Assembly (NCBI RefSeq): GCF_017993425.1
Contig: NZ_JAGOMQ010000003.1
Coordinates: 144,468-168,467, forward strand
DNA: 24,000 nucleotides
Direction: 5' to 3'
Source: Amaricoccus sp.
GTDB taxonomy: Bacteria > Pseudomonadota > Alphaproteobacteria > Rhodobacterales > Rhodobacteraceae
Made by a program: the position numbers and the translations under genes. The notes beneath the pieces are model-generated. The model saw only the letters and a program-made list of their open reading frames with translations. It made no database searches and was not told the DNA's origin. Position 1 is the stretch's first letter, and the number at the start of each line of letters is the position of its first letter. Shown here in pieces: positions 7,702 through 16,046 of this stretch.

Positions 7702-8301
7702 ATGGCACGGACCCGCGCCAGCGACTTCGAGGAAAAGCAGCACGGCCTCCTGCTGAGCGCCGCGGCGGTCTTCGCCGAGCAAGGGATGGAGAAGGCCTCG
7801 ATGGCCCAGATCGCCATCCGCTCCGGCGTCTCCAAGGCGCTGCTCTACCACTACTACCCGAGCAAGGACGTGCTGATCTTCGCGATCGTCCACGAGCACC
7901 TCGTCGATCTCGAGGCCGCCGTGGCGGATGCGATCGACCCCGGGCTCGCGCCGGAGGCGCAGCTCCGCCGCCTGGTCGGGGTGGTGCTGGAGAAGTACCG
8001 GGGCGCCGACGACGCCCACAAGGTGCAGCTCGTCGGCACGTCCGCCCTGACCGAGGAGCAGCGCGGCGAGATCCGGGCGGTGGAGCGCCAGATCGTCCGC
8101 CACTTCGCCGGCGTGCTGAAACGCGTCCGCCCTGACCTCGACCGCCCGGAGCGGCCGCTGCTGATGCCCGTCACCATGTCGCTCTTCGGCATGATGAACT
8201 GGGTCTACATGTGGTTCGACGACGGCGGCGCCGTCAGCCGCGAGGACTACGCCGAGGTTGCGACCACGCTGATCCTCGAAGGGATCAAGGGCGTCCGGTA
8301 G
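7702..8301 (+). CDS. paaR: TetR-family transcriptional regulator, PaaR-type
   Basis: 199 aa with an N-terminal TetR HTH (ASMAQIAIRSGVSKALLYHYYPSKD). It is embedded in the paa cluster directly after paaK. Confidence 0.85.
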   Translation: MARTRASDFEEKQHGLLLSAAAVFAEQGMEKASMAQIAIRSGVSKALLYHYYPSKDVLIFAIVHEHLVDLEAAVADAIDPGLAPEAQLRRLVGVVLEKYRGADDAHKVQLVGTSALTEEQRGEIRAVERQIVRHFAGVLKRVRPDLDRPERPLLMPVTMSLFGMMNWVYMWFDDGGAVSREDYAEVATTLILEGIKGVR

Positions 8302-8321
8302 GCGCCCACGGCGGGACGCCG

Positions 8322-8468
8322 ATGATCGTGCGACGGATCCACAAGTCGTCGCGCGCCAGGCGGGCGTGGAACGCGACGATCCATCCGGTGCGCTGCCGGA
8401 TCGAGAAGACCTTCGGCACGAGCAAGCGCAGCCACGGGCCCGAGCGCGCCCCGATCCGGGGACATTGA
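8322..8468 (+). pseudogene. Remnant of an IS5-family (DDE_Tnp_1) transposase C-terminus
   Basis: The distal part of track ORF 8211..8468 reads AWNATIHPVRCRIEKTFGTSKRSHGPERAPIRG. This matches the conserved IS5 C-terminal pattern N..I..VR.RVEH.FG..KR.FG...RYRG, with several degenerate positions. No upstream transposase body or inverted repeats were seen. Confidence 0.55.
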
Positions 8469-8494
8469 GGAAGAGCCGGGAAGGCCCGCCCTGT

Positions 8495-9106
8495 TCAGTC
8501 CCCGAGCTTCAGCCGCGCCGCCACCAGCGGATCGTAGTCCGGCGCCCGGACGCGGCGGCGGTCCGGCTCGGGCGCGGCCAGCGGCTCGGCCCGGGCGAGC
8601 TTCTCCCCCGCCTCCAGCGCGAGGCGCTGGTAGACGCCGGTGCCGCGGGTCTTCCAGTCGATCTCCTGGTCCGAGAGCGTGCGGACGACCTTCGCCGGCG
8701 AGCCGACGGCAAGGCTCCGCGGCGGGATCTTCCGTCCGGCCGGCACGAAGGCCATGGCCCCGAGGATGGAATCGGCCCCGACCTCCGCCTCGTCCATGAC
8801 GACGGCGTTCATCCCCACCATGGCGTTCCGCCCGATCCGGCAGCCGTGCAGCACCGCCCCGTGGCCGATATGGCCCGAAGGCTCGACGACGACGCCGAGG
8901 TTCGGGAAGGTGTGGACGACGCAGGTCTCCTGCACGTTCGCCCCCGCGCCGATCTCGATGCGGCCGAAATCGCCGCGGAGCACGCATTGCGGGCCGATAT
9001 AGACCCCTGCCGCGAGGATGACGTCGCCGATGACCGTGGCGTCCGGGTGGACGAAGGCCTCCGGGTCGACGACGGGGACGATGCCGTCCCAGGACCAGAT
9101 CCCCAT
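8495..9106 (-). CDS. paaY: PaaY, hexapeptide-repeat (gamma-carbonic-anhydrase-like) thioesterase of the paa pathway
   Basis: 203 aa, colinear with E. coli PaaY as I recall it (VVDPEAFVHPDATVIGDVIL..GVYIGP...LRGDFGRI, GHIGHGAVLHGC.IGRNA.VGMNAVVMD, VGSPAK.VR.LS.QE..WK..GT..YQ.L). AGGAGG RBS lies 7 nt upstream. Confidence 0.9.
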   Translation of the reverse strand: MGIWSWDGIVPVVDPEAFVHPDATVIGDVILAAGVYIGPQCVLRGDFGRIEIGAGANVQETCVVHTFPNLGVVVEPSGHIGHGAVLHGCRIGRNAMVGMNAVVMDEAEVGADSILGAMAFVPAGRKIPPRSLAVGSPAKVVRTLSDQEIDWKTRGTGVYQRLALEAGEKLARAEPLAAPEPDRRRVRAPDYDPLVAARLKLGD

Positions 9107-9138
9107 CGCACGCCCTCCTGAGCCGCAAAAGTCGTTCC

Positions 9139-9158
9139 GCCGGGCGTCTCCGCCCGGC
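9139..9158 (-). terminator. GC-rich hairpin (8-bp stem GCCGGGCG/CGCCCGGC, 4-nt loop) between pac and paaY; partial terminator or stabiliser
   Basis: Perfect inverted repeat. On the transcribed strand a TTTT run follows, but only about 8 nt after the stem, so it is not a canonical intrinsic terminator. Confidence 0.3.
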
Positions 9159-9166
9159 AGCCGCCA

Positions 9167-11533
9167 TCATTCGATGGTGAAGGTCGCCTTCGCCACCGCG
9201 GATTTCTCGACGTCCTCACGGTAGAAGGCCTGCGGGCGGCAGCCGAAGTCCGCGTAGAGCTGCAGCTGGTCCTGGTAGTGCGGGGACTTCGTGCCGTCCG
9301 GCGCGACGAAGCCGCTCTGGCCCGGGGGCGTGACGGCGCAGAAGCTGACCTTGCCGTCCGCGAAGCGGATCATGTCGTTCTCGGTGCCGCGGTTCATCGC
9401 GGTGCCGATCGCCAGCCCCTCGCCCGCCCCGGCCTGCGGGACGCCGAGGTAGTTCTTGGTGTCGAAGACGTGCTGGTCGAGCGGCAGCCGCCACTCGGCC
9501 ACGTCGGCGCTGCCGAACTGCTCGGTCAGCGCCGCGCGGGTCTTCTCCAGCGCCGCAAGAACCACGGCGTCCGGGTCGGCGCCGTTGAAGAAGTCGTAGG
9601 CCTGCGGCACCCCCGCCGCCTCGCCCATCAGCGCGTTGTTGAGGAGCGCCGAGGGGAGCGCGATGCGGATCTGCATCACCTTGGCCGGGATCGCCGGCGC
9701 GTCGTCGAGGAGCACGTCCGCGACCATGACGTCCATCCACTTGCGCAGGATGGCGACGGCGGGCGAGGTGGCCTTGCCGTCGGCGTCGCGGATCTGCCGG
9801 CTGTCCCACCCGGCGAGCGCGGCGAGCATCGGCTGGCGCGGGTCGTCGGCCGGCAGGCCCGCGCCAGCCTCGAGGATGCGCGGCACGAAGTAGCGGGCGT
9901 TGACGTCGACGAAGCTCGTCTCCGGCAGGATGTTCCAGACCTCCTCCGGCGAGAAGCGGTCCTTCGCCTCGATCCGCGACATGATCTCCACGACGCGGTC
10001 GGCCGAGCCCCAGGGGCTGCCCTCGACGGTCGAGACCGTGCCCTTGCCGGAGCGGTTGTTCCAGTTGGCGATCCAGCCCTGCGCCGGGTTCAGCGTCTTC
10101 GGCACGTCGGCGAAGGGGCGGACGCCCTGCCAGTCCTGGCTGCCGTCGCCCTTCGCCGGCAGGCGCAGGTCCTGGTCCCCTGCGCGCACCGGCAGGTAGC
10201 CCGGCGAGACGTAGCCGATGTTGCCCTCGCGGTCGGCGTAGTACCAGTTGATCGTCGTCGCCACGTCCTTGGCCGCGTCGAGCCACTGGTCATAGTCCTG
10301 CGCCTGAGTCGAGCGGATCCAGGCCATCAGCGTCTGGAGCTCGAAGCCCTCCCACGCGCGGTGGAAGGCGAAGGCGCGGCCGTGCTCGGCGTCCATGACC
10401 GGCACCACGCCGTAGTCGGATGTCCAGATGTCGACGACGACGTCCTCGGCGCCCTTGACCTTGATCGTCTCCTGCCGGCTCCGCAGGTCGGCCCAGCCGT
10501 CGCCTTGCTTGTACTGGCGCGGGTTCTCCGGGTTGAGCGTCAGCTCGACATAGTCGTTGACGTCGAGCGGCCCGGCCGTCGCGCCCCAGGCGATAGCGCC
10601 GTTGGTGCCGAAGAGGATGTTCGGCACCGCGAAGGGGGTGTTGCCGGTGACGTCGAACCCGGCGCCGTGCAGCCCGATCGAGAACACGTAGGAGGGGTTG
10701 AAGTTGCCGAACTGCGGCCCGTTGACGAGGATCGTGCTGCCGTCGGTGGTCTTCTCCGGCCCGAGGATCCAGAGGTTGCTCGCCCGCGGCCGGTCGTCGT
10801 CGCCGCCCGGCAGGGACAGCCCGTCCAGCCCCGCGAAGCGCGAGGCGTCGACCGGCGTCGCCTCGGCCTTCCTCTCGTACTGCTCGCCGGCGGGGACCGT
10901 GGTCGGCGCGAGCGGGTCCTCGATCCAGAAGATCTGGTCGAAGAGCTGCTTGCCGAGGGTCTCGCCGTGCTGCTCCACCAGCGCGTCGAGCACCTTGGCG
11001 TTGTTGAGCTCGGCCGAGTAGTAGGAGAAGCGCCCGGCCATGGTGCCGACGTAGATCATCGCCACGTCGAAGTCGGTCCACGGCGTCGGCTCGAAGCCGA
11101 AGTCGGTGAACTCCTTCGGCAGCAGATGCGCCTTGTCGGCCATCACCTCGCCGAGGCGCTTGTTCCAGCCGGCGGCATAGCCGCGGAGGACGTCGCGCTG
11201 CTCCGCCGGCAGCGCGTCGATCTGGGCGCGGATGCTCGCGGGATCGAAGAGGCCTCGGGTCTGGGTGTCGTAGGCGACCTGGTCGGGGCCGAGCACCTCG
11301 GCCGTCGTCCCCAGCACCGAGCGGCGGGCCATCTCCATCTGGAACAGCCGGTCCTCGGCCACCGCGTAGCCGAAGCCGGCGTAGAGGCCATAGACGTCGT
11401 CGGCATAGACCTGCGGGATTCCCCACTCGTCGCGCAGGATCGTCACCTCGGAGGCGGCGCTGGCGGCGAGCGGCGAGAGCGCGAGGAGCGCAGGCAGGAG
11501 CAGCCGGCCGAGGGGCCGGTTCAGGACGGACAT
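9167..11533 (-). CDS. pac: Penicillin G acylase (penicillin amidase, Ntn-hydrolase) precursor
   Basis: 788 aa with a signal peptide (LLALSPLAASA|AS). It is colinear with E. coli PGA from memory: DRLFQMEMARRS, FDVAMIYVGTMAGRFS, the beta-chain N-terminal nucleophile in RA|SNLWILG (Ser252, codon 10778-10780), VNGPQFG, GLHGAGFDVTGNTPFA, INWYYADREGNIGYV, IANWNN, NRGTENDMI, PPGQSGFVAPDG..HYQDQL. GGAGGAAA RBS is present, and the gene starts 34 nt after the paaZ stop. Confidence 0.9.
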   Translation of the reverse strand: MSVLNRPLGRLLLPALLALSPLAASAASEVTILRDEWGIPQVYADDVYGLYAGFGYAVAEDRLFQMEMARRSVLGTTAEVLGPDQVAYDTQTRGLFDPASIRAQIDALPAEQRDVLRGYAAGWNKRLGEVMADKAHLLPKEFTDFGFEPTPWTDFDVAMIYVGTMAGRFSYYSAELNNAKVLDALVEQHGETLGKQLFDQIFWIEDPLAPTTVPAGEQYERKAEATPVDASRFAGLDGLSLPGGDDDRPRASNLWILGPEKTTDGSTILVNGPQFGNFNPSYVFSIGLHGAGFDVTGNTPFAVPNILFGTNGAIAWGATAGPLDVNDYVELTLNPENPRQYKQGDGWADLRSRQETIKVKGAEDVVVDIWTSDYGVVPVMDAEHGRAFAFHRAWEGFELQTLMAWIRSTQAQDYDQWLDAAKDVATTINWYYADREGNIGYVSPGYLPVRAGDQDLRLPAKGDGSQDWQGVRPFADVPKTLNPAQGWIANWNNRSGKGTVSTVEGSPWGSADRVVEIMSRIEAKDRFSPEEVWNILPETSFVDVNARYFVPRILEAGAGLPADDPRQPMLAALAGWDSRQIRDADGKATSPAVAILRKWMDVMVADVLLDDAPAIPAKVMQIRIALPSALLNNALMGEAAGVPQAYDFFNGADPDAVVLAALEKTRAALTEQFGSADVAEWRLPLDQHVFDTKNYLGVPQAGAGEGLAIGTAMNRGTENDMIRFADGKVSFCAVTPPGQSGFVAPDGTKSPHYQDQLQLYADFGCRPQAFYREDVEKSAVAKATFTIE

Positions 11534-11567
11534 GGGCGTTTCCTCCGGTTTTGTCGGTTTTCCTTGG

Positions 11568-13634
11568 TCAGGCGGCCGGCGGCCAGGTCTTGGCGACCAT
11601 GGTCAGAACGTCGTATTGCGCCACGGTCTCGCCCTTCTGGTTGGTCACCTGGCAGTCCCAGCGCACCTCGCCGTGCTCGGCGCTGGCGCGGGGGTTGATC
11701 TCCTTGCAGGTCAGCCGGACTCCGAGCGTGTCGCCGGGATAGACCGGCGTCAGGAAGCGCAGGTTGTCGACGCCGTAGTTGGCGAGGACCGGCCCCGGCG
11801 CCGGATCGACGAACAGCCCCGCCGCGAAGGACACGATCAGGTAGCCGTGCGCCACCCGCCCGTCGAAGAACGGGTTCGCCTTGGCCGCCGCCTCGTCCAT
11901 GTGCGCGTAGAAGGTGTCGCCGGTGAAGTTGGCGAAATGCTCGATGTCCTCCAGCGTCACTTGCCGCGTCGCGGTGACGAGCTGGTCGCCGATCTTGAGC
12001 TCCGCCAGCGACTTCCGGAACGGATGCGCCCCATCCCGCTGCACGTCCGCGCCCTCGATCCAGCGCCCGGTGACGGCCGAGAGCAGCCGCGGGGCCCCCT
12101 GCACCGCGGTGCGCTGCATGTAGTGCTTCACTCCGCGGACCCCGCCCATCTCCTCGCCGCCGCCGGCCCGGCCGGGGCCGCCATGGACGAGGACCGGCAA
12201 GGGCGAGCCGTGGCCGGTGGAGGACTTCGCGCTCAGCCGGTTGCCGATCAGCACCCGTCCGTGGAACGGCGCGAGCCCGAGCACGACCTCCTCGGCGACC
12301 GCCTTGTCGTCGGTGAAGACCGACGCCACCAGCGAGCCCTTGCCGCGCCGGGCCAGCTCGACCGCCTCGTCGATGTCGTCATAGGGCATCACCGTCGACA
12401 CCGGCCCGAAGGCCTCGACGTCGTGGATCGCCGCCTTGCCGAGCGGATTGTCGGCGTAGAGCACCACGGGGTTGAGGAACGCCCCGGCCTCGGCGTCGCC
12501 CGAGGTCACCCGCACCGCGTCAGGATCGCCGGCGACGATCTCCGCCTCCTGCTGGAGCTCGCGGATGCGCTCGCGCACCTCCTTGCGCTGGTCGAGGCTG
12601 GCGAGCGGCCCCATCCGCGTGCCCTCGACCGAGGGATCGCCGAGCGCGGTCTTGGCGAGCCGCTCGCCGAGCGCCGCCACCAGCGCGTCGGTGAAGCCGC
12701 GCGGCGCGATCACCCGGCGGATGGCGGTGCATTTCTGCCCGGCCTTCACCGTCATCTCGCGCGCGACCTCCTTGACGAAGAGGTCGAATTCCGGCGTCCC
12801 CGGCGCGGCGTCCGGCCCGAGGATCGAGGCGTTCAGGCTGTCCGCCTCCATGGTGAAGCGGACGGAGTTCTCCACGATCGCCGGCGACGAGCGGAGCTTG
12901 CGTCCCGTCCAGGCCGAGCCGGTGAAGGTCACCACGTCCTGCCCGGTCACATGGTCGAGCAGATCGCCGGTCGAGCCGGCGATCAGCTGGATCGCGCCCT
13001 CGGGCAGGATGCCGCTCTCCACGATCCGCCGCACCACCAGCTCGGTCAGGTAGGCCGTCTGGCTGGCCGGCTTCACGATCGACGGCACCCCGGCGATGAA
13101 GGTCGGGGCGACCTTCTCCAGCATCCCCCAGACCGGGAAGTTGAAGGCGTTGATGTGGATCGCCACGCCTTCGAGCGGCGTCAGGATATGCTGGGCCGAG
13201 AAGGAGTTGTCCCGCGACAGCGCCTCCACGTCCCCGTCGACGAGCACCCGGGTGTTCGGCAGCTCGCGGCGCGCCTTCGAGGCGTAGGAGAGCAGCGTGC
13301 CCGCGCCGCCCTCGATGTCGATCCAGCCGTCCTGGCGGGTGGCGCCGGTGGCGAAGCTCTCGACGTAGAACTCCTCCTTCTGCGCCATCAGGAACTGCCC
13401 GAGCGCCTTCAGCATCGCCGCCCGCTCGTGGAAGGAGAGCTTGCGGAGCCGCTTGCCGGCCTCGCGCCCGTAGTCGAGCGCCCCGGCGAAATCGACGCCG
13501 GAGGAGTCGATGTGGGCGACCGGCGCCCCCGTGGCGGCGTTCAGCAGGGTCTGGCCCTTGCCCTTGCCCTTGACCCAGGCGCCCCCGACGTAGCTTTCGA
13601 GCGTGCGGGGCTTGGTGGTGACGTCGACGGACAT
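11568..13634 (-). CDS. paaZ: Bifunctional oxepin-CoA hydrolase / 3-oxo-5,6-dehydrosuberyl-CoA semialdehyde dehydrogenase PaaZ
   Basis: 688 aa. The N-terminal ALDH domain carries FTMEADSLNA and KAGQKCTAIRR. The C-terminal MaoC hot-dog domain carries FANFTGDTFYAHMDEAAAKANPFFDGRVAHGY. AGGGAGA RBS is present. Confidence 0.92.
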   Translation of the reverse strand: MSVDVTTKPRTLESYVGGAWVKGKGKGQTLLNAATGAPVAHIDSSGVDFAGALDYGREAGKRLRKLSFHERAAMLKALGQFLMAQKEEFYVESFATGATRQDGWIDIEGGAGTLLSYASKARRELPNTRVLVDGDVEALSRDNSFSAQHILTPLEGVAIHINAFNFPVWGMLEKVAPTFIAGVPSIVKPASQTAYLTELVVRRIVESGILPEGAIQLIAGSTGDLLDHVTGQDVVTFTGSAWTGRKLRSSPAIVENSVRFTMEADSLNASILGPDAAPGTPEFDLFVKEVAREMTVKAGQKCTAIRRVIAPRGFTDALVAALGERLAKTALGDPSVEGTRMGPLASLDQRKEVRERIRELQQEAEIVAGDPDAVRVTSGDAEAGAFLNPVVLYADNPLGKAAIHDVEAFGPVSTVMPYDDIDEAVELARRGKGSLVASVFTDDKAVAEEVVLGLAPFHGRVLIGNRLSAKSSTGHGSPLPVLVHGGPGRAGGGEEMGGVRGVKHYMQRTAVQGAPRLLSAVTGRWIEGADVQRDGAHPFRKSLAELKIGDQLVTATRQVTLEDIEHFANFTGDTFYAHMDEAAAKANPFFDGRVAHGYLIVSFAAGLFVDPAPGPVLANYGVDNLRFLTPVYPGDTLGVRLTCKEINPRASAEHGEVRWDCQVTNQKGETVAQYDVLTMVAKTWPPAA

Positions 13635-13646
13635 CGCCGGTCTCCC

Positions 13647-14414
13647 TTAGTCGAGGCCGAGGGGGGCGAGCGTCGCCCGGACCGAGGCGGTCCAGTCGGC
13701 GAGCAGCGCCTCGTTCGGGCGGTGGCGGAGGCCGAAGCGCTTCTGCGTCTCGAACCGGGCGGAGTTCATCGCGCCGAAGCTGTCGGCGACCCGCGGCCGC
13801 CAGTAGGCGACCGACGCCCGCGCCGCGGCGCGGCCCTCCTCGGTCGCGGCGAGGTCAGTGAGGCCGGTGACGCCGAGGTCGGTGTGCCGCTTCTCGCGCG
13901 GGGCGATGGCGCGGAACACGTCGGCGAGCGGCGCGTAGGAGACGCGCGACAGCTCGTCGAGGGTGACGGCGGCGGCGAGGCCCTGCAGCACGTTCATCAC
14001 CACCGCGTCCACCCACCCCTCGATCGGGTAGTGGAAGACCGCGAGCCGCATGTCGCTGCCGTGTCGCGCCTGCCCGAGCGCCGCGTCGCGCGGCAGCCGG
14101 TCGGCCCAGGGCGCCTGCGTCGCATACCGCCCCTCGTCGGCGCCGAAGTCGCCCATCAGGTCGAGCACCCGCCCCGCATGGTCGGCCTTCTCCAGCGTGA
14201 TCCGGCACGCCGCGATCCGCGCCGTGATCCCCGGCGCGTCGTTGATCGTGTCGGCGAACCCGGCCGAGGCCGCGAGCTCGCTGTCGACGAAGCTCGCCAT
14301 CAGCCGGAGCAGCTCGCCCCGGTAGCGCGGCGGCACGTTCCCCGGCGAGGTGAGCTGGCCGCCCTGCGCCAGGTAGTCCTCGATCGGCATGGTGGCGTCG
14401 GTGGCGTCGGACAT
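13647..14414 (-). CDS. Uncharacterised ferritin-like protein related to PaaA/PaaC (PF05138-like), extra member of the oxygenase gene set
   Basis: The track ORF starts at 14435 and would overlap paaE. I prefer ATG 14414 (MSDATDATMPIEDY), which has GAGGAA 6 nt upstream; this RBS includes the last two bases of the paaE stop codon. By eye it aligns to the PaaA in this window: APGITARIAACRITLEKADHAG versus [21 protein letters not shown], and IAPREKRHTDLG versus [12 protein letters not shown]. Confidence 0.55.
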   Translation of the reverse strand: MSDATDATMPIEDYLAQGGQLTSPGNVPPRYRGELLRLMASFVDSELAASAGFADTINDAPGITARIAACRITLEKADHAGRVLDLMGDFGADEGRYATQAPWADRLPRDAALGQARHGSDMRLAVFHYPIEGWVDAVVMNVLQGLAAAVTLDELSRVSYAPLADVFRAIAPREKRHTDLGVTGLTDLAATEEGRAAARASVAYWRPRVADSFGAMNSARFETQKRFGLRHRPNEALLADWTASVRATLAPLGLD

Positions 14415-14424
14415 GGCCGTTTCC

Positions 14425-15498
14425 TCACTGGTCATAGCTGACGACGATCTTGTCGCTGAGGGGGAAGCACTGGCAGGTCAGCACGTAGCCCTGCTTCACC
14501 TCGTAGTCCTCGAGCGCATGGTTGATCGCCATCTCGGCCTCGCCCTCGATCACCTTGGCCCGGCAGGTCGAGCACACCCCCGCCTTGCAGGCATAGGGCG
14601 CGTCGATGTTCGCCTCGAGCGCGGCGTCGAGCAGGCTCTGGCCGGCCTTCGGCATGCGGAAGCTGCGGGTGGCGCCGTCGAGGGTGACGGTGGCCTCGGT
14701 GGAGTTCGAGGTGGAGACCTCGTGCGACACCGCCCGCTGCCGGGTCCGCCCCGGCTGGCCCGAGGCGAACAGCTCGAACTTGATCTGCGCGTCCGAGAGC
14801 CCGTGCTCCTTCAGCGCCCCGGCGATCGCCAGCATCATCGGCTCCGGCCCGCAGATGAAGGCCGTGTCGACAGTGGGCAGGTCGATCCACACCTTGAAGA
14901 GCTGCGCGCACTTCTCCGCGTCCACCCGCCCGGTGAAGAGGTCGATGTCCTGCGCCTCGGACTCGAGCACGTGGATGATGGAGAGCCGCCCGAGATGGCG
15001 GTTCTTCAGATCCTCCAGCTCCTCGCGGAACATGATCGAGCTGATCTGCCGGTTGGCGTAGACCAGCGTGAACGTCGACCGCGGCTCGGCGGCGAGCACG
15101 GTCTTGACGATCGAGAGGAGGGGCGTGATGCCTGAGCCCCCGGCGAAGCCGAGGTAGTTCTTCGCCTTCTCCGGCTCGATCGCGGTGAAGAACCGCCCCA
15201 TCGGCGGCATCGCCTCGATCGTCGCGCCGGCCTTCAGCTCCTCGTTCGCCCAGGTAGAGAACGCCCCGCCGTCGACGCGCTTGATGCCGACCTGAAGGAA
15301 CCCCTCGTCCTTGCCGGCGCAGATCGAGTAGCTGCGGCGCAGCTCGTCGTCATCGAACTTGCGGCGAAAGGTCAGGTACTGGCCTTGGGTGAAGTCGAAG
15401 AGCGCGGCGTCCTCCGCGCGGGGCTTCAGGGTGACGACGACGGCGTCCCGCGTCTCCTTGCGGACGTCGACGACATCGAGGGAATGGAAGCGTGCCAT
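14425..15498 (-). CDS. paaE: Phenylacetyl-CoA epoxidase reductase subunit PaaE
   Basis: 357 aa. It has an FNR-like module (RRSYSIC, GGSGITP) and a C-terminal plant-type 2Fe-2S ferredoxin (CKAGVCSTC...LTCQC). GGAGA RBS is present. Confidence 0.93.
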   Translation of the reverse strand: MARFHSLDVVDVRKETRDAVVVTLKPRAEDAALFDFTQGQYLTFRRKFDDDELRRSYSICAGKDEGFLQVGIKRVDGGAFSTWANEELKAGATIEAMPPMGRFFTAIEPEKAKNYLGFAGGSGITPLLSIVKTVLAAEPRSTFTLVYANRQISSIMFREELEDLKNRHLGRLSIIHVLESEAQDIDLFTGRVDAEKCAQLFKVWIDLPTVDTAFICGPEPMMLAIAGALKEHGLSDAQIKFELFASGQPGRTRQRAVSHEVSTSNSTEATVTLDGATRSFRMPKAGQSLLDAALEANIDAPYACKAGVCSTCRAKVIEGEAEMAINHALEDYEVKQGYVLTCQCFPLSDKIVVSYDQ

Positions 15499-15517
15499 TT
15501 ATGTCTCCGGTGTCCGC

Positions 15518-16039
15518 TCAGATGCACTTGAAGTAGTCGAAGGGCTCCAGGCAGTCGTCGCAGCGGTAGCTGGCTTTGCACGGCGTGGAGCCGAACTGGC
15601 TGACCTTGGAGGTATGCACGGACCCGCAGCGCGGGCAGGCGACGGCGCGGTTGCCGCCGGCGAGGCGGTCGACGCGGCCCATCAGCCTGCCGTCGGCGGC
15701 GGTGCCGTCGATGGGGGGCGCGATGCCGTAGGCGCGGAGCTTCTCCCGGCCCTCCTGGCTGATCCAGTCGGTCGTCCAGGGCGGCGAGATCTGCCGCTTC
15801 AGCTTCAGCTTCTCGACGCCGTGGTCGCGGAGCGCCGCCTCGATGTCGAGGTTGATGATCGCGGTGGCGGGGCAGCCCGAGTAGGTCGGCGTCACGGTGA
15901 CGACGAGGGTCTCGTCGTCCCAGGCGACATCGCGGATGATGCCGAGATCGGTCAGCGAGATGACCGGGATCTCCGGGTCCGGAACATGGCTCAGCCAGTC
16001 CCAGACCTCGGCGGTGCTGGGTCGGGTGTCGGTCGCCAT
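15518..16039 (-). CDS. paaD: Phenylacetyl-CoA epoxidase subunit PaaD
   Basis: 173 aa with a DUF59-like N-terminal part (VPDPEIPVISLTDLGIIRDV, TPTYSGCPA) and a C-terminal Cys cluster (CPRCGS...C..C). Confidence 0.9.
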   Translation of the reverse strand: MATDTRPSTAEVWDWLSHVPDPEIPVISLTDLGIIRDVAWDDETLVVTVTPTYSGCPATAIINLDIEAALRDHGVEKLKLKRQISPPWTTDWISQEGREKLRAYGIAPPIDGTAADGRLMGRVDRLAGGNRAVACPRCGSVHTSKVSQFGSTPCKASYRCDDCLEPFDYFKCI

Positions 16040-16046
16040 CGGCGTG

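Noticed and set aside
8211-8321. The first part of track ORF 8211-8468 as a real gene start
   Set aside because: It overlaps the 3' end of paaR out of frame and is poly-Arg junk. Only the distal 48 codons resemble anything (the IS5 transposase tail).
9167-11533. Alternative reading of the acylase as an acyl-homoserine-lactone (quorum-quenching) acylase functionally paired with the LuxR-type gene at 22081
   Set aside because: The block-by-block similarity is to penicillin G acylase itself rather than to PvdQ/QuiP-type AHL acylases. The gene is embedded in the phenylacetate operon. The LuxR-type protein is 10 kb away and shows no recognisable autoinducer-binding N-domain. Substrate testing would settle it.
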